Assembly (NCBI GenBank): GCA_963666835.2
Contig: CAXXGO010000001.1
Location: forward strand, 2,080,001 to 2,144,000
DNA length: 64,000 nucleotides
From: Phycisphaerae bacterium
GTDB taxonomy: Bacteria; Planctomycetota; Phycisphaerae; UBA1845
Reading direction: 5' to 3'
Below the pieces are notes generated by a model. That model was not told where the DNA came from and did not search any database. It saw only the letters and a list, made by a program, of their open reading frames with translations. Shown here piece after piece: positions 8,532 through 18,224 of the stretch (positions within the stretch are counted from its first letter, which is position 1; each line of letters opens with the position of its first letter). Position numbers and translations under genes: made by a program.

Positions 8532-8860
8532 CTGACGCGGTCAACGGCGATGGTGTGCGTCTTTCGCCGGCCGTCTGCTCCGAGTCCGGCAGTCAAGCGC
8601 GCCTCGTCCGGAGAACGGATGTCACCGTCTATGAGCTGGACGGAGAGGGGCTGGTCTTCGACGCCACCCGCGGTGACACGCATCGTCTGAACGCGACGGC
8701 TATGGCGATTTGGCGCGAATGTGACGGCCGGCAGGATGCAGCGCAGATTGCCGAACGCCTTACGGATTCTTATGACGTTTCTATGGCAGCGGCTGTTGAG
8801 CATGTGGAGAGGCTTCTTCGAGAGTTTCAGGAACGGCGGCTGGTTTACACGGCGTTTTGA
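8528..8860 (+). CDS. PqqD-family RiPP recognition element (RRE)
   Basis: ELDGEGLVFD..THRLNATAMAIWRECDG..IAERL..YDV..L+E..LV PqqD pattern; ATGA-coupled to VKOR. Confidence 0.92.
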   Translation: MTDAVNGDGVRLSPAVCSESGSQARLVRRTDVTVYELDGEGLVFDATRGDTHRLNATAMAIWRECDGRQDAAQIAERLTDSYDVSMAAAVEHVERLLREFQERRLVYTAF

Positions 8861-8872
8861 CACAGGGACCGG

Positions 8873-9781
8873 ATGCTTAGCATGGCCCGGGATGACAGGC
8901 AAGACGTGATGCACTTTCAGATCGGCGAGGTAGCGATGTCGCTGCGGACGCCGCTCCGGTCGTTACGCAGTCAGTATCTTGCTCTGTATGAAGACTTCCG
9001 GGTCCCGCAGCGGGCACGCAACTCCATTCGCATCGAGGTTCGCCCCTCGCAGCGGTCCTTACGCCATCGGCGGTGCTACCGGGTCTATGTGGACGGGCGA
9101 TTGCGGTTCGAGCCGACCCGGTTCAAGGAACTGCTGCCCTACGTGGAGTGGGCGGTCAACTGGGAGTTAGCCCGGGTCATGCCGCAGTTTCTGCAACTCC
9201 ACGCCTCCTCCATGGAGATTAACGGGCAGGGCGTGATTCTGCCGGGGGCGTCGGGTAGCGGAAAGTCCACCCTGACTACCGGACTGATTGCCGACGGATG
9301 GCGATATCTCTGTGATGAATTCGCGTTGATTCATTCGGGCACCCTGGAGCTTCACCCGTTTCCCCGGGCGATTTGTGTCAAGAAGCCGGCATTTTCCGTG
9401 ATGGAGTCCCTCGGGTTTCACCTGCAGAAAGCCCGGCATTACCACAAGGGGACCAAGGGCGATGTAGTTTTTCTGAATCCGTTGAATCTGCGGCCCAATG
9501 GGATCGGACGCACCTGCCCGGTACGATATGTCGTCTTTCCGCGCTACGCCGCTGGAGCGGAACCGGCGCTGGTGCCCATCAGCCGGGCGGAGGCGGCCCT
9601 CGACATGCACCACGTCTGCTTCAACCTCTTCGGGTGCCGGACGCTCGGCGTGGAGGTTCTGGCGAAGCTGGTACGGGGGGCTTCCTGTTATCGACTTATC
9701 AGTGGAGAGATTGGCAAGACCTGTCGTTTGCTCCGCGGAATGGTCGAACAGGCGGCCCAACCGCAGGCTCTAAGCGCGTAA
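8873..9781 (+). CDS. HPr-kinase-related P-loop kinase (lasso-peptide kinase / HprK-related type)
   Basis: LHAS...ILPGASGSGKSTLT...GWRYLCDE...PFPR motifs. Confidence 0.88.
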   Translation: MLSMARDDRQDVMHFQIGEVAMSLRTPLRSLRSQYLALYEDFRVPQRARNSIRIEVRPSQRSLRHRRCYRVYVDGRLRFEPTRFKELLPYVEWAVNWELARVMPQFLQLHASSMEINGQGVILPGASGSGKSTLTTGLIADGWRYLCDEFALIHSGTLELHPFPRAICVKKPAFSVMESLGFHLQKARHYHKGTKGDVVFLNPLNLRPNGIGRTCPVRYVVFPRYAAGAEPALVPISRAEAALDMHHVCFNLFGCRTLGVEVLAKLVRGASCYRLISGEIGKTCRLLRGMVEQAAQPQALSA

Positions 9782-9816
9782 GGTCGCGATCGAGGGGAGA
9801 CGCCCTTGGCGGAGCG

Positions 9817-10995
9817 ATGGAGGACTTGATGGACCATAGTGGAATCCAACTTGCCCCCTGGTTGAACGCTGCCGGTCCGCCGCGTGCCGCTGTCGAGTGG
9901 ATGGAACCAGTCGAAGTGGCCTGCGAATCCGGGCTTGCCGGGTTGCTCTTGGAACACGTTTCGCGACACGGGCTCGAACCTCCGGCAGATGCCGCCGAGA
10001 CCCTGCGCCGCGCGGCTGCGTCAGTCGCGCAAAACAACATCCACCTGCACGACGAGCTGGCTGACGTGGTTCAGGCTTTCAACCGGGCGAAGGTCCCCGT
10101 GATGCTCCTCAAAGGGGCAGCCCTCAATCATACGATCTACCCCCGATATAACCTCCGTCCGATGAGCGATCTCGACTTGCTCGTCCACCCGGATTCGGCG
10201 GAAGAGGCCGTGCAGTTGCTTGCCGATCACGGTTGTCCGCGCGGATTCGATCTCGTCCGCGACGATTTCTTCCCGAAATACCACAACGAGGTCGAGTTGC
10301 TGACGGGCTCGCCCAATCCCGCCCGGATCGATCTGCACGCGCGACCGCTACGCCCACTACGAATCTCGCAGACAATGCCGGACGACGCTCTGTGGGAAGA
10401 CGCTCAACCGGTTCATATCGGAGACGGTAAGGCGTGGATCCCCCGTCCGGAGTTAAACTGCCTCCACTTGGCGGCCCACGCGGCTTATCATGGCTGTTCC
10501 CGGTTGATCTGGCTATATGATCTTCTCAGGCTTCACGAAGCGTACGGCAGTGTCATGGATTGGGGTCTGTTGGTCGATCGGGCTCGGGAATGGAAGCTGT
10601 CGTGGCCGGTCCTTTTCGCCCTGCGTCGCGCGGGCGAGCTCCTCGGCGAAGTCTGTCCGCCAGGGGTAATCGAGAAGCTGGAGGGACATCCGATCGGCTG
10701 GCGCGACCGGTTGGCTCTAGTTCACGCTCCACGGGACGCCGCCGCCCCGATCTCTCATCTCGTAGTAGATCTGCTCTGTACGCCCGGGATTCGCTTCCGG
10801 ATAGGGTACGCCTCGTCCTTTGTGCTGCCCGGAGGTAAGCATCTGGCCGGGATCTACCCCTTCCGGCACCGGGGATGGAAGGCGGTTGCGCACCTCTGGC
10901 GGTGTCTTCGAGCCGCAGGCCGGGCTGTGGCGGGGCTGGCGAGCGCGCCGGCCGCTCTGCTGCGTCGAGGCAGCTTCCGGTTGGCGTCTCCGTAA
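9817..10995 (+). CDS. Nucleotidyltransferase family protein (NTP_transf_5-like)
   Basis: LLKGAAL...RPMSDLDLLV, IDLH, HAAYH..RLIWLYDL. Start at ATG 9817 or 9829. Confidence 0.88.
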   Translation: MEDLMDHSGIQLAPWLNAAGPPRAAVEWMEPVEVACESGLAGLLLEHVSRHGLEPPADAAETLRRAAASVAQNNIHLHDELADVVQAFNRAKVPVMLLKGAALNHTIYPRYNLRPMSDLDLLVHPDSAEEAVQLLADHGCPRGFDLVRDDFFPKYHNEVELLTGSPNPARIDLHARPLRPLRISQTMPDDALWEDAQPVHIGDGKAWIPRPELNCLHLAAHAAYHGCSRLIWLYDLLRLHEAYGSVMDWGLLVDRAREWKLSWPVLFALRRAGELLGEVCPPGVIEKLEGHPIGWRDRLALVHAPRDAAAPISHLVVDLLCTPGIRFRIGYASSFVLPGGKHLAGIYPFRHRGWKAVAHLWRCLRAAGRAVAGLASAPAALLRRGSFRLASP

Positions 10996-11132
10996 CCACC
11001 CAGCCCGATAATCACCTGGATTGGACCGCACAAGCCGCCGATATCAGCGGCAGTTGGTGCCGTGTACGGATCACCGTACCCGGACCGACCTGACCCGGGA
11101 TTCAGGCTCTGTCGGACTGTGGCGGAACAGCG

Positions 11133-12140
11133 ATGACGCGTTGGCATCAACACACGGTGGCCGTCGTGATGACCGTGAAGAACGATCCCGCGGGTTGTGC
11201 CGTGACCCTTGGTTCGCTGGTAACCCAGACACGCCGCCCGGACGAGATAATCGTAGTAGACGGCGGGTCGACCGACGATACCGTGCGTTTGGTTCGGCAG
11301 TACCAGGGCAGCCTGCCACAATTGCGGGTTATTGACGCTCCCGGGGCCAACATCGCTCGCGGGCGAAACATCGGGGTCGAGGCGGCAGAGTCAGAGATTG
11401 TGGCCACGACCGATTGCGGATGTCGGGCGGATTCGAAGTGGCTGGAGGAGTTGCTGCGACCTTTCCAGGAGGATCCCGGCACGGAATTCGTGGCGGGTTT
11501 CTATCGAATCGAAGCCCACAGCCTTCTGGAAGAGGTTGTGGGGTTGGCGACGATGCGCGGGCAGTTGGACCCGGTCGACCCGGACAAGTTCAACCCGTCG
11601 GCTCGGTCGATGGCGCTGACCAAAGCGTTGTGGACCAGGGCGGGGGGCTGGCCGGAGTGGATCTCGTTTTCCGAAGACACCCTCCTGGATCACAAGATAA
11701 GGCAGATGGACGTCGGGTGGGCTTTCGCCGGAGATGCGGTGGTACGCTGGCGTCCGCGCCGGTCGCTTCCGGCAATTGCCCGCCAGTTTCATAATTACGG
11801 CACCGGGCGGGGGCACACGCAGATTGATGCCGCGGGCTATCTTTACGACGTTCGGAACGGCCTGCTCTTTGCGGGGACGGCGGTTGCCAGCCTGTGGACG
11901 GTGTGGGCGCTGCCGCTTCTTGTCGCGATTTTTGGCTATTTCTATGTTTGGGCGTTTCACCACAAGGCGATGCGTGTGGCCCGCCGGGCCGGACGCTGGC
12001 CGGCATACCCGCTTTGCCTCTGCGTTATGTGGGTGATCATTGCGGTGAACATCACCGGGTTCCTGGCGGGTTCCTGGCAGAGGCAACGGGATCAGGGTCG
12101 ATACCGGCGTCGGCTCGAGGCATACCTGGCCGGCCCCTGA
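11133..12140 (+). CDS. Glycosyltransferase family 2
   Basis: VVDGGSTDDT, ARGRNIG, TDCG (DxD-like position), SED and C-terminal TM helices. Confidence 0.9.
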   Translation: MTRWHQHTVAVVMTVKNDPAGCAVTLGSLVTQTRRPDEIIVVDGGSTDDTVRLVRQYQGSLPQLRVIDAPGANIARGRNIGVEAAESEIVATTDCGCRADSKWLEELLRPFQEDPGTEFVAGFYRIEAHSLLEEVVGLATMRGQLDPVDPDKFNPSARSMALTKALWTRAGGWPEWISFSEDTLLDHKIRQMDVGWAFAGDAVVRWRPRRSLPAIARQFHNYGTGRGHTQIDAAGYLYDVRNGLLFAGTAVASLWTVWALPLLVAIFGYFYVWAFHHKAMRVARRAGRWPAYPLCLCVMWVIIAVNITGFLAGSWQRQRDQGRYRRRLEAYLAGP

Positions 12141-12305
12141 GACTCCGTCCCCGCTTACCAAGGGAGGATCGAGGGGCGTCGATTCGGGAGCTGCAGAGTT
12201 TTCCGGGGTTTTCAACAAGAACGCCCGTAGTGACTTAGAAAAGTGCCCGACGCCGACAATGGAGCGGCCTATCCAGTGAATCGAAACCAGCCAACCCGCT
12301 CCACG

Positions 12306-13745
12306 ATGAGGCGACGCTGGCTGTGTGTCGCCTACGCTTTCCCTCCGATCAATCGAAGCGGAACGCACCGCACCTTGGGCTTCGTGAGGCACCTGGATTC
12401 GCTTGGGTGGGACGCCACCGTGCTAACCGTGGATCCAGGGGATGAGCCGGTTGATGCTGGTCTCCTTGACCGGGTCCCCGAGTCGACCGAGGTCATTCAA
12501 TCGCTGTGGACGGACCTTATCGCCCAGGCAAAACGGATGTTGTGCCTCGGGCGTTCTCAAGAGAGAGCGAGTGATTTTCCCCGCGACGCCGCGCGTTACG
12601 ACCAAACCGTCATCAGCGGAACCGCCCGCGATGGAAAGCCGGGCGGGGTGAAGGAGTGGGTGTCCCGTTTGTTGATTACTCCGGATTCCCGGCTTGGTTG
12701 GCTCGGTCCGGCAACACGCCGGGGTATGGCCGCAATTCGCCGACGGCGCCCCGAGGTGATCTACTCGACCTCACCGTATATGACGGCTCATCTGATCGCG
12801 GCGCGACTTGCCCGCCGAACGGGCGTCCCCTGGGTTGCGGATTTTCGAGATCCGTGGTGCGACAACCCGTTCCGCAGTCTAGGCTTCACGAGTCTTCGGC
12901 GATGGGATGAATGGTTGGAGCGTCGGACCCTTCGCCGCGCCGCTCATGTAGTATGCACGACCTCGACCATGCGGGATCGATTTGCGGAGCGACTGCCGTT
13001 CGTGCGCGAAAAGTCCAGCGTCATCACCAACGGGTTCGACGCAGAGCTGTTGACCGGCCTTACGCCGACACGCGTTGCGCCGGTGGAAGATCTGGTCCTG
13101 ACCCACTGTGGACAGTTCTACGGGCCGCGTCGCCCGCAGGTGTGGTTCGATGCCCTAAGACGGGTGCTGGACCAACCTTCGGATCGACCGCGGAGAATCC
13201 ACTTGCAGTTGCTCGGACCGGATTCGTACGAGGGCCGGCCGCTGATGGAACTGGCCGCGGACGCGGGAGTCGCCGAGCATGTTCACGTGTCGGGCTCCAA
13301 GAGCCATCGGGAGGCTCTATCGCACATGGCCGGCAGTGACGTGTTGCTGCTGGCCGGATCGTCGGGCGTCGGTAGCGATCTGCAGGTGCCCAACAAACTG
13401 TTCGAGTACCTTGCCGTGCGCCGGCCGATTATCGCCGCGGTTTCCGCAAACAGCCCGGTCGTTGGGATCCTCCGCGAAGCCGGGGCGGAGGCGTCTGTCT
13501 GCGATCCGGAAGATGCACTCGGTATTGCCGAAGCGATCGAGAACCTCTCCGAATCGCATAGTCCGGACCCCGCGCAAGCATGGGATGGCGTTTCCCGGTT
13601 CGACCGCGCCAATCGAGCGCGCGAGCTGGCTGCGATCTTTCAGCACGTATCCCAGTCGAAGATCCTCGGACGGACATCGCGGATTGCCGCCGCCGACCAC
13701 AAGTGCCAAGGCGTAGACACCGCCCGCGGCTACGCCCACGGATAG
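12306..13745 (+). CDS. Glycosyltransferase family 4
   Basis: AYAFPP..SG..R, WVADFRDPW, ITNGFD and PNKLFEYL motifs. Alternative GTG start at 12243. Confidence 0.9.
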   Translation: MRRRWLCVAYAFPPINRSGTHRTLGFVRHLDSLGWDATVLTVDPGDEPVDAGLLDRVPESTEVIQSLWTDLIAQAKRMLCLGRSQERASDFPRDAARYDQTVISGTARDGKPGGVKEWVSRLLITPDSRLGWLGPATRRGMAAIRRRRPEVIYSTSPYMTAHLIAARLARRTGVPWVADFRDPWCDNPFRSLGFTSLRRWDEWLERRTLRRAAHVVCTTSTMRDRFAERLPFVREKSSVITNGFDAELLTGLTPTRVAPVEDLVLTHCGQFYGPRRPQVWFDALRRVLDQPSDRPRRIHLQLLGPDSYEGRPLMELAADAGVAEHVHVSGSKSHREALSHMAGSDVLLLAGSSGVGSDLQVPNKLFEYLAVRRPIIAAVSANSPVVGILREAGAEASVCDPEDALGIAEAIENLSESHSPDPAQAWDGVSRFDRANRARELAAIFQHVSQSKILGRTSRIAAADHKCQGVDTARGYAHG

Positions 13746-13796
13746 AGGCTCGCGAGTTCGCCCCCTCGATCCGGTGGGTGCCGCCCGCCAGCGCTA

Positions 13797-15131
13797 TTAT
13801 CCGCGTATCACCCAGCGAAGCATCTGGGCGAAGTTCGCCCCTTTACCCTGCATCAGAATCCCGACCCGGAAGATCCGGCCGGCGGCGAAGACGCAGACGA
13901 TTGTGGTTAGTAGGACCAGCACGATTCCCACGACCGGCTGCCACAGCGGGACCCCGGGCGGCACCGCCTGCCGGATGGTCATCAGCATGGGCGTGGCGGG
14001 CGGAATCAGCGACAGAATAACCGACAGCGGGGCGGTCGGCTCGCGTACGACGAAGATCCAGCAGAACAACGGCATGGCCACGACGATCATCACCGGCATC
14101 AGAGCGCTCTGAGATTCCTTCATGTCCGAGACCGCCGCGCCGATTGCTACGAAAACGGAGCCGAACATCAGCACCGCCAGAGCAAGGAACGTGACGAACC
14201 AGATCACCAAGTGCGAGGGGAAGTACTCCTCGAAGCCGGCGTGTCGGATTGCGAAGTACGCCCCGAACAGGTAAATGACCGCGAGCGTCAGCGATACTCC
14301 GACCATACCGATCAGCTTGCCCATCATGAGCTGGAACGGCGGGATCGATCCAAGGAGGACTTCGGCGATCCGCTGCATCTTCTCTTCGAGCACGCTGTGA
14401 ACCAGTGGGGTGGCGCCAATGTTGATGATCATGAACATCAGCATCATCATACCCATGGGTATGAATATGTTGGCCAGCTCGTTAGTCTCGGTCGCCTTGG
14501 TGATGTTCCCCTCCTTGTCGACCGACACCAGGCCGAGGTTGGCAATCGACATCCACTTCGTAGCTTTCTTGACCACTTCCTGGTCGAGCCCGGCCTTGGC
14601 GAAGCGGAGTTCCTTGATCCGATTGTTGATGGGAAAGCCTACCCAACGCTGAAAATCGTCACTGGTGGGACTGTTTGAATGGTAATCAATCGACTGACGC
14701 GAGTCACCGTCTTTCGGGGTAATTACGTCGGGCTCTATAATGACGAACGCGAATAGTTCGCCGTCGCGGACCCGATTAGACAGATTCAGCTTAACCCGCT
14801 CCGGGTCGTCCGCGGTGGGGGCGATTCGTTCTATGACGAAGCGGGGCATGACTTGCTTACGCTTTCCGTTCTTCGTTTCGTAGATCCCCTGGTCTTTGAT
14901 ATCCTGCTCGTTGCGCTCGTTGGACGCCTCGACAATCGCGTCGAACAGCTCTCCAGTGTGGTCCACGATGGCTACATGCCGGTCGGAGATGTCGCGTTTG
15001 TCCTCCAGAATGGTCTGGGCAATCAGTACGCCGCACATCAGAATGGGCATGGCGATCATGCTAATGACAAAGGCCTTCGTTCTGACAGCGGCTTGATACT
15101 CGCGGACGGCGACGACGATCATCTTACGCAT
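13797..15131 (-). CDS. ABC-2 type transporter permease (NatB/YhaP-like)
   Basis: REY..VRTKAF, VLEEKMQRIAEVLLGS, MMGKLIG; multiple TM helices. Confidence 0.9.
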   Translation of the reverse strand: MRKMIVVAVREYQAAVRTKAFVISMIAMPILMCGVLIAQTILEDKRDISDRHVAIVDHTGELFDAIVEASNERNEQDIKDQGIYETKNGKRKQVMPRFVIERIAPTADDPERVKLNLSNRVRDGELFAFVIIEPDVITPKDGDSRQSIDYHSNSPTSDDFQRWVGFPINNRIKELRFAKAGLDQEVVKKATKWMSIANLGLVSVDKEGNITKATETNELANIFIPMGMMMLMFMIINIGATPLVHSVLEEKMQRIAEVLLGSIPPFQLMMGKLIGMVGVSLTLAVIYLFGAYFAIRHAGFEEYFPSHLVIWFVTFLALAVLMFGSVFVAIGAAVSDMKESQSALMPVMIVVAMPLFCWIFVVREPTAPLSVILSLIPPATPMLMTIRQAVPPGVPLWQPVVGIVLVLLTTIVCVFAAGRIFRVGILMQGKGANFAQMLRWVIRG

Positions 15132-16068
15132 GGCTGGCCTCCTGAGCTTGGGACGCGGTGGCGGCCGTGTCTGCCTCCGGGCCGGCTATCCTGACGAAGA
15201 TGTCGTGAAGCGACGGTTTGGCAAGCTCGAAGTGAGCCACCCGCCCCCGCGCCATCAGAGCGGCGAGGGTCTGTTGCGAATCGGTGTCCGGAGCCATCCG
15301 CAGTTCCTGGAGATGGCCGAAGTCCGTTACCTTCTCAACTCCTTCGATTCCACGCGGGTCGAATCCTCCGTTCTCCACCTTCACTCTGATCGTATCCTGT
15401 CCGTATGAGTCCTGGATCGAAGCGAGCGTGCCGTCGAGCACCTTGTTGCCCTTGAAGATCATGAAGATGAAGTCGCACATCTTCTCGGCCACGGCCATGT
15501 CATGGGTCGAGAAGATCACCGTGGCGCCGCGCTGCCGCAAAGCGAGGACCTCCTCCCGCAGGACATCGGTATTCACGGGGTCAAGCCCGGTGAACGGCTC
15601 GTCCAGGATCACGAGTCTCGGATCGGCGATGACCGAGGAGATGAACTGGACCTTCTGAGCCATGCCCTTCGACAGGGTCTCTATCTTGCGGTTTGCCCAG
15701 TCGGCCAAATCCAGCCGATCGAGCCAGTGCTTGACGGCGGCGTTGAAGTCACGCCGCCCTTTAAGTTCGGCGTAGAACCGCAGGAGGTCCCACACTTTCA
15801 TCTTTTTGTAAAGGCCCCGCTCTTCCGGCAGGTAGCCGATTTCGTCGTTAGCGGCCGTCAGACTCTCCTCGCCCAACACGCGAATCCGCCCGGTTCCCGC
15901 ATCGGGCCGGTAGATCCGCATGATCATCCGCAGAGTAGTCGTTTTGCCCGATCCGTTGGGCCCGATGAATCCGTAGATTGCGCCTTCGGGTACGGAGAGC
16001 GAGAGGTTGTTTACTGCGATGTGCTCACCGAACGTCTTGGTGGCGTTTTCAATCTCGACAATGTTCAT
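15124..16068 (-). CDS. ABC transporter ATP-binding protein
   Basis: GPNGSGKTT, LSKGMAQK, ILDEP, STH and C-terminal PSLHDIF. Confidence 0.95.
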   Translation of the reverse strand: MNIVEIENATKTFGEHIAVNNLSLSVPEGAIYGFIGPNGSGKTTTLRMIMRIYRPDAGTGRIRVLGEESLTAANDEIGYLPEERGLYKKMKVWDLLRFYAELKGRRDFNAAVKHWLDRLDLADWANRKIETLSKGMAQKVQFISSVIADPRLVILDEPFTGLDPVNTDVLREEVLALRQRGATVIFSTHDMAVAEKMCDFIFMIFKGNKVLDGTLASIQDSYGQDTIRVKVENGGFDPRGIEGVEKVTDFGHLQELRMAPDTDSQQTLAALMARGRVAHFELAKPSLHDIFVRIAGPEADTAATASQAQEASHA

Positions 16069-16305
16069 TATTTCAGGTTCCCGCCTGGTTCGGATCCGCT
16101 CCGCCGATTATGCAGACCCGAGAAACCACGTTCATGCATCGTACTTGCGGAGTGCCGTGGGCTCAACAGCAGGGATGTACCTTGTTGTGCTGGCAGGCTG
16201 GACAGAACCGGACAGAAAAGAGGCGATGGTGTTGCGGTGTCGCACCATCGCCTCTGTGTAGTCTGTAATGCGATGTCTTGGCCGGCGGTAAGCCGGTCCG
16301 TGAGT

Positions 16306-16572
16306 TTAGTTTACCAGGTCCTTGCCTCGCTTGGTCAACGCGGCGGCCATGATCTGCTGCCCGGCCTCGTTGCTGAGGTTGCCGGACCAGATCAGCCCCT
16401 CCGCCCGGAGCTCTTCGAGCCAGTCCATCATGTTGTCCGAACACTGCTCCACCGTGAAGCCGGAATGATCGGCGATTTCACCGGCGAGTTCGAACTCCGT
16501 CAGGGGACCACTGCGCAGTCTTCGCAAGATCACAAGCTGATGCTGTCGTAATGCGTCCATCGTGTCGATCAT
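16306..16572 (-). CDS. Small winged-helix protein
   Basis: ILRRLRSGPLTEFELA...LEELRAEGLI...LTKRG pattern. Confidence 0.6.
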   Translation of the reverse strand: MIDTMDALRQHQLVILRRLRSGPLTEFELAGEIADHSGFTVEQCSDNMMDWLEELRAEGLIWSGNLSNEAGQQIMAAALTKRGKDLVN

Positions 16573-16929
16573 GACTCGTCTCCCCATCTTTCCGACCCGG
16601 TCGCCCTTTCTTACGGTATATCGATCGAGCCGCGTTCTTCCCCGGAACCGCCAGATTGTAGGCGTACTACCGTACCCGCATCAACCTGCGCGCCGGCAAG
16701 AAAACAACGTCTTTGACAGTGTTCTTCTGCCTTGGGGGGCTTGACCGGACGCATGACCCGGCCTAGCCGAAACCGGCGTTGGACACTTGCCGATGCGCTT
16801 CGGTCTACGCGGACGTTCGGACTTCTGTGATCGGCGTGGGCGCGGTTGTGCGGCGGGCGTGGTTCTGTACACTTCCCGCATACCGGCCCCGAGCCGGGCG
16901 GACGCGGATGGTCTTTTCAAAGCGATACT

Positions 16930-17592
16930 ATGAGCGAGCAGAACCTACGTATTCACACCGTGAACGACCCGGTGTACGCCGAAAACGGGATGGTGATATA
17001 CCTCCGTGGGAGCGGACCTTGCTGGATTATCGATCCCGGTCTTCCACCGCAAGCGGAGCTAATGGTAAAATACGTCCGTGAGGAGAAGCTCGAGGCTCAG
17101 GCGATCCTGCTGACTCACGGGCACGCGGACCATCTTGCCGGGGTGGATGAGGTCCGCGCCGCCCTCGGCCCCGTTCCTGTCTACCTCGCCAAAGAGGAAT
17201 GGGCGGCGCTTCAGGACCCGATGGTGAACCTCTCCGGGCTTATGGGGCAGGGCATAACGCTGAGCGTAACAGACCAGATGGACCTCGTGCCCGGCGAGAC
17301 GCTGCTACTGGACGGCTTGACCTGGCAGATTATCGACACGTCCGGTCATTCGCCGGGCGGACGGAGTTTCTACTGCGCCGAGGTCGGGACTGTGATCGTC
17401 GGGGATGCTCTTTTCGCCGGTAGCGTCGGCCGCGTGGACTTTCCCGGGAGCAGCGGTAGCCGATTGATCGGAAACCTCCGCGAGAGACTCATGAGCTTGC
17501 CCGATGAGACTCGCGTCATCCCGGGGCACGGCCCCGAGACGACCATCGGACATGAACGCGCCACGAACCCCTACCTCTTGCGCGGGATCTGA
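16930..17592 (+). CDS. MBL-fold metallohydrolase (glyoxalase II-like)
   Basis: THGHADH, GHSPG, GDALF..SVGRVD and PGHG motifs. Confidence 0.92.
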   Translation: MSEQNLRIHTVNDPVYAENGMVIYLRGSGPCWIIDPGLPPQAELMVKYVREEKLEAQAILLTHGHADHLAGVDEVRAALGPVPVYLAKEEWAALQDPMVNLSGLMGQGITLSVTDQMDLVPGETLLLDGLTWQIIDTSGHSPGGRSFYCAEVGTVIVGDALFAGSVGRVDFPGSSGSRLIGNLRERLMSLPDETRVIPGHGPETTIGHERATNPYLLRGI

Positions 17593-17767
17593 TTGCGGCT
17601 CTTTACAGGTTGGGTATTACCGTTCCCCCCATGGGGGAAGGGGACGCCGATTAGGCGCCCCCCGAACCCCGCTTGGGTACGCCGGGATCCGCATCCTGTA
17701 CGAGGAGGGCGTAGCGGAACACGGCTGGAGTCTCGCCAACGGCACCACCTCCTATCTGCCCCCTGGC

Positions 17768-18166
17768 TTACTTCGCAGTAACGGTGATCTTCCGCGGCTT
17801 AATTGCCTCGACCTTCGGCAGGCGGAGGGTCAGGACACCGTCAGCGTATTCCGCGCAGATTCCGGCGGCGTCGATGGTCTCGCCGATTTCGAAATTGCGG
17901 TGAAAATCACCGATGTCATACTCGCGCATCAGGTACTTCTGCTGTTCGCAGTCGCGGGGCTTGACCCGTCCATGCACGGAGAGTGTGCCGTTCTCAAAAC
18001 CGACCTCGATGCTGTCGGAGCTTACTCCCGGCATGTCCACCAACAACTTCAACTCATTGCCGACCTCAATAATGTCCACGTTGGGCTGAAACAGCTTCCC
18101 GCAGCAAGGAGCTTCCTCATGGGTCATCTCGGCGCCTGTAGTCTTCTCTAGCGTATTTGTAGCCAT
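17768..18166 (-). CDS. Hsp20/alpha-crystallin small heat-shock protein
   Basis: PNVDI.E, DMPGV and A.YADGVLTLRLPK. Confidence 0.93.
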   Translation of the reverse strand: MATNTLEKTTGAEMTHEEAPCCGKLFQPNVDIIEVGNELKLLVDMPGVSSDSIEVGFENGTLSVHGRVKPRDCEQQKYLMREYDIGDFHRNFEIGETIDAAGICAEYADGVLTLRLPKVEAIKPRKITVTAK

Positions 18167-18224
18167 TTCGTTTCTCCTTCCATCAAGTACCCGGACAAGC
18201 CGGGGATGTTGCCGTTGTAGTCGG

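Noticed and set aside
9373..9816. Extension of the nucleotidyltransferase ORF
   Set aside because: Overlaps the kinase gene in another frame; RBS-supported ATGs at 9817/9829.
6806..10995. Classical lasso peptide cluster
   Set aside because: No asparagine-synthetase-like cyclase or B2 peptidase in the window, and the precursor lacks the typical T(-2)/G1..D/E8-9 lasso layout.
13797..16068. ABC transporter as the RiPP exporter
   Set aside because: Convergent orientation, generic NatAB/YhaQP type, no peptidase domain, and the precursor has its own signal peptide. A link is not excluded but is unsupported.
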